From a bacterium (lineage in GTDB: Bacteria; Patescibacteriota; Saccharimonadia; UBA4664): 37,986 bases of DNA. Under the pieces are notes generated by a model, which ran no database searches, had not been told where the DNA came from, and was given only the letters and a program-made list of their open reading frames with translations. The position numbers were made by a program, and so were the translations under genes. The stretch's first letter is position 1; the number at the start of each line of letters is the position of its first letter. This document shows positions 28,281-37,986 of the stretch, one piece after another. The stretch is taken from contig CP064960.1 of assembly GCA_016699105.1 (NCBI GenBank), positions 1,034,729 through 1,072,714 on the forward strand. The letters run 5' to 3'.

Positions 28281-30677
28281 TTATGATTTAGATTGTACGT
28301 TATTTCTGAGCAATCGGCACGTTATGGCAAAGGTCGAACTGGAACCAAGCGTTGATCGATGTTCTAAGTCACCATTCATGGCTTTCTCATATGTCTTTGG
28401 ATATGTACAACCCTAAACCAGTCGAGCGGGTCGAATCACGTGAGGATATCGTCGCTAGCTTGCTGAAACTTGCGGAAGAGCAAATGTTTAGCCTCGTGCA
28501 ATACCTACCCGAATCTTTAATCAGCAATCACTCGAATCGACTTGGCAAAACCGATTGAGATTTCGCCCTTTATCGCAATTTGAGGGCGTTACCGATGAGG
28601 TTGGTAATGACTTGAGCTAACCGATCGTAATCTGCCCACACAAGTGATATGCTTCGCTGGCCAGTATTTTGACTGGCACCGATTGGCTGGGTTTGAGCAG
28701 CAGATTGCGATTGATCGATTTGGCGGTTCGGCACAGAGCCACCATATCGACTGATTCCAGCTTAAAGCGAATTCTTCCTTGTTCGAGCCGAGACGATATC
28801 GAGGAAGTTAGCCATCATCGCAATCAGACGCGCTAGAGCTGCAAATGCGCGTCGCCAAGCATCGACTTTACATCTGGGTTCTGATTTTATCGCCAGTACT
28901 GTTGATCATGGTAGTATTACCCCCCAGGTTAGTGGCGTACGGAGTTCAGTATTGGCATAGAGAAAAACTCATCCTGAGACCGCCTGAGGTTGGGCCAAAT
29001 CGCACGTCGTCATAATACAACTACCCCAGTAATTTTTGTTCTCTCTTGGCGGTCATGACCGGTTGTAAGGTAATGTTCATAATACGCCTTGAAACTGAAG
29101 GTTATGAAACGTTCAGGATGAGCTTTATCTTGAGACATTTATTAATTTTTGCAATGAGGCCGAAGTATTGATCGAGACACCAGTAAGAATATTGGGCTCA
29201 ACAATGGTTTGACCCCCTTGGAGCCCTTGTTCCCTTCGATAATTTGCAGCTGAGTGGCGGTGTTTGCCATCACTATTTGACCGCGTGCATCTGTCATTAC
29301 GAAGCCAATATTTATAAGCTATTTGATGGAGCGGCGGTAACTTCTGGCATGCTCAGCCTGAAACCCAGCTGTAGCTCGAACCACCGCCGTCAACACTAGC
29401 TTTTCATCGCGTAGTTGATCTTTCAAGAATTTTTGCCTTGAAAGCGACGCCGTAAGTTCATCGCGAGATTGTTGAGCTCGGCATTGGCTTTCGGCTTAAT
29501 AACGACGTCACCAAGGCGCCTGCCAGCCCCAAACCAACGAGTAGCTTCTTCAATTTATTATGGTCATTTGATTTGAATTTGTCAGCTTTCTTGAGTCGGT
29601 ATATTCACCGCATTGAGCTCAGCCCGGTGATTCAGTGCCACCTCTGATGTCACGATTCGTCCACGATCTAGTTGGCCTTTGGCTGTAATCATGAAGATTG
29701 CGGCCAATGATTGAGCAGTTTTTTACCACCGAGTAGTGAGGTCAAAGTGCGTACTTGCATAAACAACTTCGGTCATGTTTGATTGCTTGGCAAAACGGCT
29801 TCAGCCATAGTACCCAACACTTAACCGCTAATTCTCCATATTAGAAAAGACCATATTTGGCGAACGCTCATTATAACCGTGATTGCCATGATGGTTGACT
29901 TACTGGCCCAGTGACGGAATCACCCATGAAACCGAGTCCAGGTAATACCACAGCCGATAACGACCAGTGTGACAAGTAATACATGTTGGCGCTGGAGGAG
30001 TAATGCTTGGCGACGGTCTTTGGTACTTGTGCGCTCATTCGGTACAGGACACCGAGCCGACCGGCAGCGGCGAGAGTTACTAGCATAGACCAAGCTACGA
30101 ATAGATATGAGACTAAGGTAGTAGGCGCTTCATAGCCCCATGCAAGTCGTTCTGAAAGCAATGGCGTAGGAAAAACACCATCACCAGCTACAAGTCCTGA
30201 TATGATCATGGCACCGGCAATGAATACGGCTGGTGTGCGCCAACTATCAGACAGCCGGCTGCGATCGGTATAACTGCGGATGAATAGATAGAAGAATACT
30301 GGCAGAAAGCTTAACAATCCGAAGTTTATATGGCTCCAAAAAGCATTGCCAGCGGGTGAGTTGGTCAGACGCTGGGCAGTTTCAAAAGTACCCCACAGGG
30401 CGTTAAAGATAATAAACAAAGCAAACCAAAGCATGGCTTGACCTTCATTGGGACGACGAGCCAACACGACAATGAGTGTTAAATTCGCAATCGCGCTGAC
30501 CGCCGGTACAAGAGCAAACCAATTGATACCCATGGAAAACGATGCCGGAACTGCATTTGACACAGCCACAAGGATGGCCGCTACAAATATAAAATTAATT
30601 ACAAACAAAGTAATATCAAACCAGACTGTCAACGCTGATATATATTGTCCAGTTTGTGATCGTCGCCGATGAAACAT
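28281..30677 (-). pseudogene. 7TM-sensor histidine kinase (copy 2): N-terminal sensor intact, kinase part shattered
   Basis: ORF 29871..30677 is an intact multi-TM sensor region. Below ~30000, minus-strand frames show DEFFSM..ELRTPLT (H-box with the His codon destroyed), LARLIAMMANFLDI, TGLGLYISKDI and STLGSSSTFAIT, with a stop at 28281-28283. Confidence 0.6.
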
Positions 30678-30682
30678 GCTAT

Positions 30683-32965
30683 TTAAGTATCCTGCTTTGA
30701 GAGTTTAAAGCCAAATGTAGAGCCTTTGCCTTCGATTGATGAGAATATAAGCTGGCCTCCCTGATCTTCAATAACGCGTTTAGCCAAATACAACCCTAAG
30801 CCGGTGCCATCGGGTCGCACCGACTTGGCATTGGCTGCTCGGTAAAACTTTGCAAATAGCTTAGATTGCTCAGCCATTGGTACTCCCATGCCTGTATCCG
30901 ATACGGTCAAGATGACATGGGTTTTGGTTTGTTCCAATTTGACGTGTACACCGCCGGTTTCAGTGTAATAGAGAGCATTGTCAATGAAGTTCATGATTAC
31001 TTGCCGCGTTTTTGATTCATCAATACTTAAGGTCACCGGAGTATCGGGCAATTCGGTCGTGAGGGTGAGCCCCTTGCGGGCGGCAGCTGGTTCGAGCTGG
31101 TGAATTTCTTGTTGAACCATTTTAACGAGCTCGGCGGGCTGGCGTTGAATCATGAAACGGCCCGAATTAAGCCGGGAGACATTGAGCATATCACCGGACA
31201 TGTAGACCATTTTTTCGGCGGCTTCTAGCGCATAACTGACGAATTCTTTTTGGTCGGCTGTTAAATTGTTTTTATCGGAGTCGAGGGTCATAGATAAATA
31301 GCCGGTGATGGCTGTCAAGGGTGTGCCTAGTTGATGGCTCGCCATGGAGATAAATTCGTCTTTGGTTTTGTCGAGAGCCCGCAGATTTGTATTGGCGATT
31401 TTGAGCCGTTTGGTGGCGTCTCTGATACGTTGCTGCAGCGTGACGTTAAACTGAGAAATTTCGTCGTAAGCTTTGGCGTTGGCGACGGCGACTGACAACT
31501 CTTTGCGCATTATCTCTAGGACAGCTAGATCTTCATTTGAATAGACTGTGCCAGCTTGCTTGTCACCGAGTGCTAGGTAGCCCACGAGTTCACCGTGAGC
31601 GCGCAGTTGAGTAACAACCTGGATGCCTTGTGCCACCATGACGTGCTTGGCATGAGCGGCCGGCATGAGGTCAGCCACCATCAAGGGATGTTTGAACACT
31701 GGTAAACTGTCAGGACCGAGTGGCGCCACAACCAGTTTGCCGTGGGCAGTTTGACCATAGACCGACTTTCCTTCCATGACGACCAGTTGGGCGTTGACGA
31801 GGCGCATCGTTTTAGTTAGTTCACGTAAGAATTTGTTCATGAGTGGGTTGAGTTCGAGTTCGGTGGCAAAGATACTCGATACCCGATCCAAGAGCGCCTG
31901 AGCGTCGTAGTGATCACGGAAGAACACACGGTCGGTAGCCCGCTCAAAGAATCGGCGCAAGGGTGGGAGGAAAATGCCAGCAAAATGGCACCGATAATAT
32001 AAACCGCGTTTTGGGTGGGTGTGAGTTCAAGTCCGGGTATAATTGCGCCAGCTATGCCGTACATAGCAACGAAGTAGAGAATTGTTAGCGCCAAGAGTAG
32101 CAATATAAATGCCACCGATCGTGCAACTAGCCAACGAAAGTCAAACATTTTATGCGCGACTATGGCATAACTAAAACTCCCAACTAAAAACAACGTAAAA
32201 TATATAGCCAAAACGAGAAATACTCTTGGATTATGTGCTAGTATCGGTAATGCTACGTTCGTAAACAGGGCGATGCCGATTGTAAGTAAAAATCCCAGAA
32301 ACACATATGTCAGTTGTGTTCTTTCGACTTGCAAGGATGACCGCTTAAATTTACGTGATAAATTTATGAGCGCATACATAAGCCAAAAAATATAAATCAT
32401 TGGAAATATTAGATACAAAGGTCCAGGTATAACATTATTTCCCTGAGATTTGAAGTAGTCACGGCGCTAATGACATACTCGCCGAAGAAAAGTACCAAAA
32501 TCGTTGCAACAATCGATGAGATAATGGCTGAAATATTGACTAAAGTACGGGTACTAGCCGAGAATTTGGCTGAGTTTCTGGAAAGTAGAGCGAGAATGCC
32601 GCTATCATATGTATTGTCCAAGCAGCGGCGGCAAATGGCACTCCAGCTAAAATCTTAAACAGTGGGTCAGATATGTTGGCTGTTTGGTCATAATATCCGG
32701 TTGCGCTCCAGACGATAAGTCCCAATACGAGGAGTCAAAAACACGATTCAAAGGCCGATTTGGAGATTGAAGCCATACACACTAGTGCTAAGCCAGTATT
32801 AATTACTAGCACAATCACGAGTGATATGAGAGAAATATTCATATTGCTTAAGCTTAAATTACCATAAATTGACCTCAATATCCATGTATCAACACCGCTG
32901 TTTGTTGAAATGGACCGCCAGCAATTAAGCCGGCGGTCCACGCTCAGGTGTTCAAACGGGTCCAT
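30683..32965 (-). pseudogene. 7TM-sensor histidine kinase (copy 1): kinase part intact, sensor part with apparent frameshifts
   Basis: ORF 30683..31960 is intact. It has the H-box SMASHQLGTPLTAITGY, the N box NFIDNALYYT, and the G boxes DTGMGVP and GTGLGLYLAK. The TM region is split over ORFs 31837..32418, 32409..32621, 32540..32725 and 32735..32965, with shifts near 31960, 32410, 32545-32620 and 32730. The start is uncertain (ATG 32842 or 32965). Confidence 0.7.
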
Positions 32966-33050
32966 TTCTCCTTATCTTGTCGTCGTATTTCTACGTTGGA
33001 TGCCGCAAGCTCAGAAAATTCGTCAGCACTCGGCATTTCGGGAATATCAG

Positions 33051-33616
33051 CTACATCTGCAGGATCAACGTGGGAAACAACACCGAAAAGTTGTGCGGCT
33101 CCAGAGCAAATACTGATCCCAAAGACTGAAGCGGGTTAACACCGACGAGCCAGATGGGCTCTTTGGTAGCTGGTCCACCATCCATTTCTCGCGAATCTAA
33201 CATGCCAAATATTTGAAACGGATAGGTCGCCAATGATTGAGCAATATCTCGCGGGCAGTTAATATCCAATATTCTCCCAGCAGATATCCATCATAGGCAG
33301 CAGATCCGGTAGCCATGAGAAATGCACGACGATTAATTCCGCCAAATCGCGACGGTTCTGCATACGGCCCAGGTGGCAACACAATTCCACGCTTGATGAA
33401 ATAATGACCTGATGGCAACTGGTCAATATTTTGCCGGACCACACGAGCGCAGCTGACTGGTCTACCACCGAGTTCAACCCAATAGTGCCAGGAATACCGA
33501 TCAAATTCATCGACCGGAGAAGCGCTACCGAGCAGTTTGCGAAATGCCACAAGTCGCGCTTGTCGCCAATACGGTAAACGCGCGGTGCCGTATGAGCTGT
33601 GGAGTACTAAATTCAT
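33051..33616 (-). pseudogene. GNAT-fold N-acyltransferase of the LuxI / N-acyl-amino-acid-synthase type (tentative), one apparent frameshift
   Basis: RQARLVAFRKLLG, VDEFDRYS, SCARVV and AEPSRFGG recall the conserved R..F..W / E.D..D / R / E.SRF pattern of acyl-HSL and N-acyl amino acid synthases. The frame changes near 33265, continuing into ORF 33051..33269 (INCPRDIAQSLATYPFQIFGMLD...). The ATG overlaps the upstream stop (ATGA). Confidence 0.45.
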
Positions 33617-34368
33617 ACCTCAACCTTCGTCCGCGTAGCTACGACCATCAGATCATTGCCGGCATATGTCCGATAGTGGTTTTGGAGTTGCCAGTACCGA
33701 GGTTCGAGCCAAGCTAAAGTCGTAGCTTCATCGCTCATATGGAGTTGGCCACTGTGTCGCAAAATTTCATCATTGATGGCCACGAGCGGCGCCAGTTCAG
33801 TCTGCAACATGGCCAGTTCGGCTCCGACATCGAGACCGGCTGCAGCAACTACTGCTAGGTGTTCTTTAAGTACCGCCATCATGTTTGGTTCTGGCATCGG
33901 GTTTGTGAATACGAGTACTCCATTCGGCTTGGTCACAGCGGCAAATCGTCGGATGAGGGCACACGGATCGTTACTGGCATAGACAGCATGACCGCAGTGG
34001 ACTGCGTCAACGGGCTCTGGGATAAACCAAGTCGTGTGGGGCTGATCGATATCGGCTACCCGGCAGTCTACGTGGCCATCGTAGGGCTCACACTGAGCTC
34101 GGGCTATCATGTCTGGTGACTGATCAATCAACAAAACGCGCGGTTTGGGCAGCGCTGGATCGCTTTGCAACGCCCACAGCAATCCGCCGTCGCCACCGGC
34201 TGCATCGAAAATCGTTGACGTTGGCTTGAGATTGATATGACTGTTCATCTCAGAAATGGCGGTCAGCAATAGCTGTCGGTAAGGATGCAGGAGCCGCAAC
34301 CGACCATAGTACTCGGCATATAACTTCCAGATCTCTGCCATAGACAGGGAGGTTAGATCCACAGTCAC
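33613..34368 (-). CDS. class I SAM-dependent methyltransferase
   Basis: 251 aa and intact. Motif I is IFDAAGGDGGLLWAL, and VLLIDQSPDM and GVLVFTNP are also present. Confidence 0.7.
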   Translation of the reverse strand: MTVDLTSLSMAEIWKLYAEYYGRLRLLHPYRQLLLTAISEMNSHINLKPTSTIFDAAGGDGGLLWALQSDPALPKPRVLLIDQSPDMIARAQCEPYDGHVDCRVADIDQPHTTWFIPEPVDAVHCGHAVYASNDPCALIRRFAAVTKPNGVLVFTNPMPEPNMMAVLKEHLAVVAAAGLDVGAELAMLQTELAPLVAINDEILRHSGQLHMSDEATTLAWLEPRYWQLQNHYRTYAGNDLMVVATRTKVEV

Positions 34369-34426
34369 TTACTCCTCAGTCGAGATGTGATAGTGCTAGG
34401 GAGTGGTCACTCCCTCTGTAACTATT

Positions 34427-35482
34427 TTAATTGCTCGGGAGAGGGAACGCCACGTCCGGTAATGTCGGATCCAAGCATTTGGTCAGCGCCGAAATAAACT
34501 GATGATTATGTTCGCGTAAACCGACAGTGATTCTGACACAACCAGCAAGCCGTGGCAAATTGCTCAGATCGGCGATAGCAATATCATGATCATTACATGT
34601 ATGAACGAGTCTCTTGGCTGTGGCATGATCGGGACACTTGAGTAATAAGAAGTTTGCTTCCGATTGAAATAAATACCAGGTTGGAGGCAACAAAGCTTGA
34701 CAAGTCTCATAAATCAATTGTCGTTCTTTTATGACTTTCTGAATTTGCTGTTTCACCCAAGAGACATCTCGGTCATAAGCTAACATTTGTTTGACTATCT
34801 GGCTCGTAAGCGAACTAACCTGAAATGGCGTCTGTAATCTCGTAAGTTCACTGACGGTGCGTTCGTTGGCAATGAGTGCACCACAGCGTATGCCCGCAGC
34901 GCTCAACGCCTTTGACAAGGTGCGCAGAACTATAAGATTTGAAAAATTGTTAATTAGTTTTAGTGTAGAGTTGCCAGCAAACTCGGCATAGGCTTCATCG
35001 ACCACGAATAAGGTTTGAGGACAGCGTCGCAGCAGTCTTTTTAGCATAGGCAGTGGTATACTCTGCCCTGTAGGATTATTGGGGCTGGCAAACATAACCA
35101 TCGATTGTTCAGGTAATTTACCAAGTTGGTTTTCATCAAATTCGAGATGTTCATCTAGTTCCCACGTCGAATAGGCAATGCCAAATGCCTGACAATATTC
35201 CTCATAATATTGAAACGAAGGCCGCGCAATTACGATGTATCCTTGAGGTTTGATGGCATAATGGGTAAATAACAATCGAATAAACGCGCTGGAGCCGGGT
35301 GCGACCATGAGCTGTTCTGGCCGGCAGCCATACCACAACGCCAATTCAACAACCAGGCTTTGAGCGAATGGTTCTGGATATATGTTAAAAGCGACATTTG
35401 ATATTTTATCGGCAATGCGCCGTTTCAGCTCCATAGGTATATCATGCGGCATTTCATTGCGATGTAAAGCTACTGGACTCAT
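34427..35482 (-). CDS. PLP-dependent class I/II aminotransferase, HisC-like
   Basis: 351 aa and intact. The blocks LHRNEMPHD, NIYPEP, ASPNNPTG, VVDEAYAEF and VLRTLSKALSAAGIRCG (PLP lysine context) are present. Confidence 0.75.
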   Translation of the reverse strand: MSPVALHRNEMPHDIPMELKRRIADKISNVAFNIYPEPFAQSLVVELALWYGCRPEQLMVAPGSSAFIRLLFTHYAIKPQGYIVIARPSFQYYEEYCQAFGIAYSTWELDEHLEFDENQLGKLPEQSMVMFASPNNPTGQSIPLPMLKRLLRRCPQTLFVVDEAYAEFAGNSTLKLINNFSNLIVLRTLSKALSAAGIRCGALIANERTVSELTRLQTPFQVSSLTSQIVKQMLAYDRDVSWVKQQIQKVIKERQLIYETCQALLPPTWYLFQSEANFLLLKCPDHATAKRLVHTCNDHDIAIADLSNLPRLAGCVRITVGLREHNHQFISALTKCLDPTLPDVAFPLPSN

Positions 35483-36458
35483 GAGGCTCTCAGCACAAAC
35501 ATATAGGTATTGGGCACACCTAAGACTTGGCGATCAATCAGTTTGAGCCCACTGCGGGCAAAACGCTGCTCATAGTAAGCCAAGGGAAACGTTTTGATAC
35601 CCCTCATGGCATGGACCAGTTCGAACCCCAAAGGTAAACACCGGATACTGAATACCAGCATTTTCGTGCTCATCCTGGCAGGTGTCGGCTAGTACGAAAT
35701 ATTTGGCATTGGGAAACGACTGCCGCAATTTTGTAAACAAGTTGTCGTCAAGCTCCGGCATATTAAATAAGTCATGGAGCATCATGTAGCTCATGACCAG
35801 GTCAGCTTTGGCCAGCTCGGGATGGGGTTCGGATATGGTCGTGAACACGTTTTCGATGATCAACTCTAAGCGGTTCTCTAGTCTGTGTTTTGCTCGTTCG
35901 TGCTGAGCGGCAGTGATGGCGCCAGGATCAATGTCGATGCCAATACCAGACAGCTGCGGACGACGGATGAGTAGTTCGGCTAAGCGGCCAGCATTGCCAC
36001 AACCTAAATCAGCAACGCAGGTAGCTGGTAAACTATCCAGGATTTGCGCAATTGGTTTGGGCCATAATACGCTGGTGGGCTTCGTCTGATCCGATAGCCA
36101 CGTAGTTACCGCGCACGTGGGCATGCCAATCGGTTTGGGGATTCATCAGATACTGATCCATATTTTCAAGTAGTGGACCATAGCCGCCAATCGCCCAGGT
36201 AATAAAGCCGATGTGTTGCTTGAGTTCGACGCCAAGCTCGGTTAAGTAATAGCGGTCATCACGCAGGGTGGTGGCACCGGTCGCAGTGGTTATTAGTAAT
36301 ACTTGTTTGAGGCGATTTTCATCGAGGCGACGGGCGATCACCATCCCTGTTAAACTCATACCCATTTCTAAATCATCGAGTAATTCCAGTTTGGCGAGGC
36401 AATAGAGACTATACGACAAGAGTAGATCGTTAAATACGGTTGCCGAATTGATGGTCAT
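35479..36458 (-). pseudogene. O-methyltransferase with N-terminal winged-helix dimerisation domain, two apparent frameshifts
   Basis: ORFs 36033..36458, 35570..36124 and 35479..35673 join to one 980-nt gene, with shifts near 36085 and 35630. Motif I is VADLGCGNAGRL, and DLVMSYMMLHD is also present. The stop overlaps the aminotransferase ATG (ATGA). AAGGA lies 6 nt before ATG 36458. Confidence 0.65.
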
Positions 36459-36495
36459 AGGTGTCCTTGGTTATTGTTATTGGTTTTTAACAAAA

Positions 36496-36510
36496 CTGAC
36501 AAATTGTCAG
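36496..36510. promoter_or_regulatory. 15-bp palindrome upstream of the biosynthetic operon (candidate operator)
   Basis: CTGACA-AAT-TGTCAG has perfect 6-bp arms. It is centred 45 nt upstream of ATG 36458, inside a 216-bp intergenic region. Confidence 0.35.
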
Positions 36511-36674
36511 GCCATTTGCGCTGTGGGTATTTAATTTTCAAAGAAATTATTTGGAGGTTATGATAAACCGCTGCCATACCGTTGTGAGATCGCCCAATAG
36601 ATGCTATTTAAGCATAAGCGATTTGAGGTCGTCACGCCAGGGGTTTAATTGTTATTTCGTCAGGGTGGCAGCCA

Positions 36675-37019
36675 CTACTTTGACCACCTCTTCCGGCCGG
36701 TAGTCGCTTTTTGGATGAATTTGGTGGCACCAGCGGCGAGGGCAGCTTCGGCGGTAGCTGTATCGGTCAAACTGGTCGTAACTACTACTGGCACATGCTG
36801 CCATGCTCGGTTGGCGCGTAATTTGGTAAGCATTTCGATTCCCCCGACTTTGGGCATGACAACGTCGAGTAAGATTACGTCGGGCAAAGACTGCTTGACG
36901 GCAACCAAGGCGGATTGGCCATCGCCGGCAACTTTAACTGTAAAACCTTCGTGTTCAAACACAACTTGATACATATGGCGGAGTAATTCATCATCTTCGA
37001 CGATCAAGACTGTGGGCAT
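36675..37019 (-). CDS. CheY-like single-domain response regulator
   Basis: 114 aa and intact. It reads MPTVLIVEDDELLRHMY...DVILLDVVMPKVGG...VPVVVTTS...GATKFIQK. No output domain is present. Confidence 0.85.
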   Translation of the reverse strand: MPTVLIVEDDELLRHMYQVVFEHEGFTVKVAGDGQSALVAVKQSLPDVILLDVVMPKVGGIEMLTKLRANRAWQHVPVVVTTSLTDTATAEAALAAGATKFIQKATTGRKRWSK

Positions 37020-37051
37020 AGATACAGACTCCTGTTAATAGATTGCAACTG

Positions 37052-37986
37052 TTATTGTAATTGGCGCTCGATGTACTTAGCCAGCTTGAAGAGTGGTAAC
37101 GCTGCTAGTAGCACCAAGGCGCTGGCGAGCAGTAGCATGAGTTGCAACGAGTGGTCAGCCGCTGCAAACAAGTCGGTGGCCGGGCGTGCGGCCTGGAGCA
37201 TACCCACGGGTTGGTTATTGACATCAACCAAGGGCGTAATAGCGGTCAGATATGGCCGATTGTTGATGGTGACGCTGCCGGTATAGGTTTGATTGTGTTG
37301 GAGCACTTGGCTCACCGCTGTGGCGTCCGTCAAGCTCACCTATTTGGCGACTGCCGGCTGCATCCGTCAGGGTGGTAGCAGCTCGAACTTGGCCGCCATA
37401 AACCGTGCTCGATAGGCCCGTCGAAGCTTCGATACCATCCACAAACCCGCTCGTGACATCAACTCCGAGCGTCACACTACCGACAACGAGACCGTCGGTG
37501 CCAGTGATAGGGCTGACAGCAGTGAGTGCTACTATCGGTGCTGTCACACCAGAGCTGACGACTACACTGGATGCTGTCTGGCCAGTGAGTGCCCGACGAA
37601 CGAGCGGGTCACTCGAAACCGAATCGCCGTAGCGTTCGGGATCTTCGGCCCTCAGAGGACTCCGCCACTGGCGTCGGTGACGACCAAACTGCTGACATGA
37701 TGATCCCGATAGAATGAGGTCAGTGCAGCAGCTAGCCCCACCTGATTGCGGGTCGCCACGGCACTTGCCACTGAAGCAGTAGCGGCTGCAGTTTGGGTTT
37801 CAGCCTCATTTTGGGCTTGGCGGCTAACGACAGCATATTGCAAAACCCGGCTAGCGGTCTGGAGATCATTGAGCTGGGCGGATTTGACGTCGCGGAGCAT
37901 GAGGTACGTAAAGCTCATGGTTGCTAGCAAGAATATGACAATGACTTGAGCAATGAGCGCCATATAAAGTTGGCTCAGTAATCGCT
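37052..37986 (-). pseudogene. Cache-domain membrane sensor without recognisable output domain, two apparent frameshifts, 5' end possibly outside window
   Basis: TM1 is IAQVIVIFLLATMSFTYLML. The periplasmic part is split between frames at ~37650 and ~37340: ...VVTDASGGV / LRAEDPERYGDSVSSDPLVRRALTGQTASS...GSVTLGVDVTSGFVDGIEASTGLSSTVYGGQVRAATTL / TGSVTINNRPYLTAITPLVDVNNQPVGML. TM2 follows and the protein ends KYIERQLQ*. The frame is open to the window edge upstream of ATG 37963. Confidence 0.55.

Noticed and set aside
21430-30000. I looked for a prophage, an integrative element or a CRISPR array to explain the gene-poor region.
   Set aside because: I found no integrase, transposase, phage structural motif, terminal inverted or direct repeats at the edges, or spaced identical repeats.

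Overview
This is a 37,986-bp bacterial window, about 50% GC by eye, with most genes on the minus strand. It uses the standard genetic code: intact genes end in TGA or TAA. I recognised no rRNA, CRISPR array, integrase or transposase. All family calls come from motif recognition by eye; no searches were run.

Layout:
(i) 1-5.6 kb is an accessory island of toxin-antitoxin and defence-like genes. It holds a MazF/PemK-like toxin, a DUF433 + PIN-like pair, a GNAT toxin-like acetyltransferase with an untracked 58-aa upstream ORF, a TerB-like/SAP/PD-DxK nuclease-like gene and a wrecked trypsin-like protease. Copies of the 3' end of one small gene are interleaved among them.
(ii) 5.6-13.1 kb holds housekeeping genes: NAD-dependent DNA ligase, HtpX, LemA and an Nramp-like transporter. 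A SAM methyltransferase sits behind the ligase between 195-bp direct repeats of the ligase BRCT end.
(iii) 13.2-17.3 kb holds two secreted surface proteins and an FMN-binding/ApbE/ferric-reductase-like flavin module.
(iv) 17.4-21.4 kb holds tRNA-Leu(UAA), tRNA-Cys(GCA), an intact 535-aa ParB-fold DGQQR protein, and SPFH and YdjM-like membrane proteins.
(v) 21.4-30.0 kb is an ~8.5-kb stretch without a credible intact ORF. It contains a ~500-bp polypyrimidine tract open in all three forward frames and a ~700-bp AT-rich ORF-free segment with short iteron-like repeats. It also holds shattered remnants of recognisable genes, and three decayed tRNA-like sequences beside a perfect bidirectional terminator.
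(vi) 30.7-38.0 kb holds a 7TM histidine kinase, a CheY-like receiver and a Cache-domain membrane sensor. Between them is a translationally coupled four-gene small-molecule operon: O-methyltransferase, HisC-like aminotransferase, second methyltransferase, and a LuxI/N-acyl-amino-acid-synthase-like acyltransferase.

A global property is patchy +/-1 frame disruption. Many conserved genes need several frame changes to read through, while 1-1.6 kb neighbours are intact. Without reads I cannot separate consensus error from real decay.
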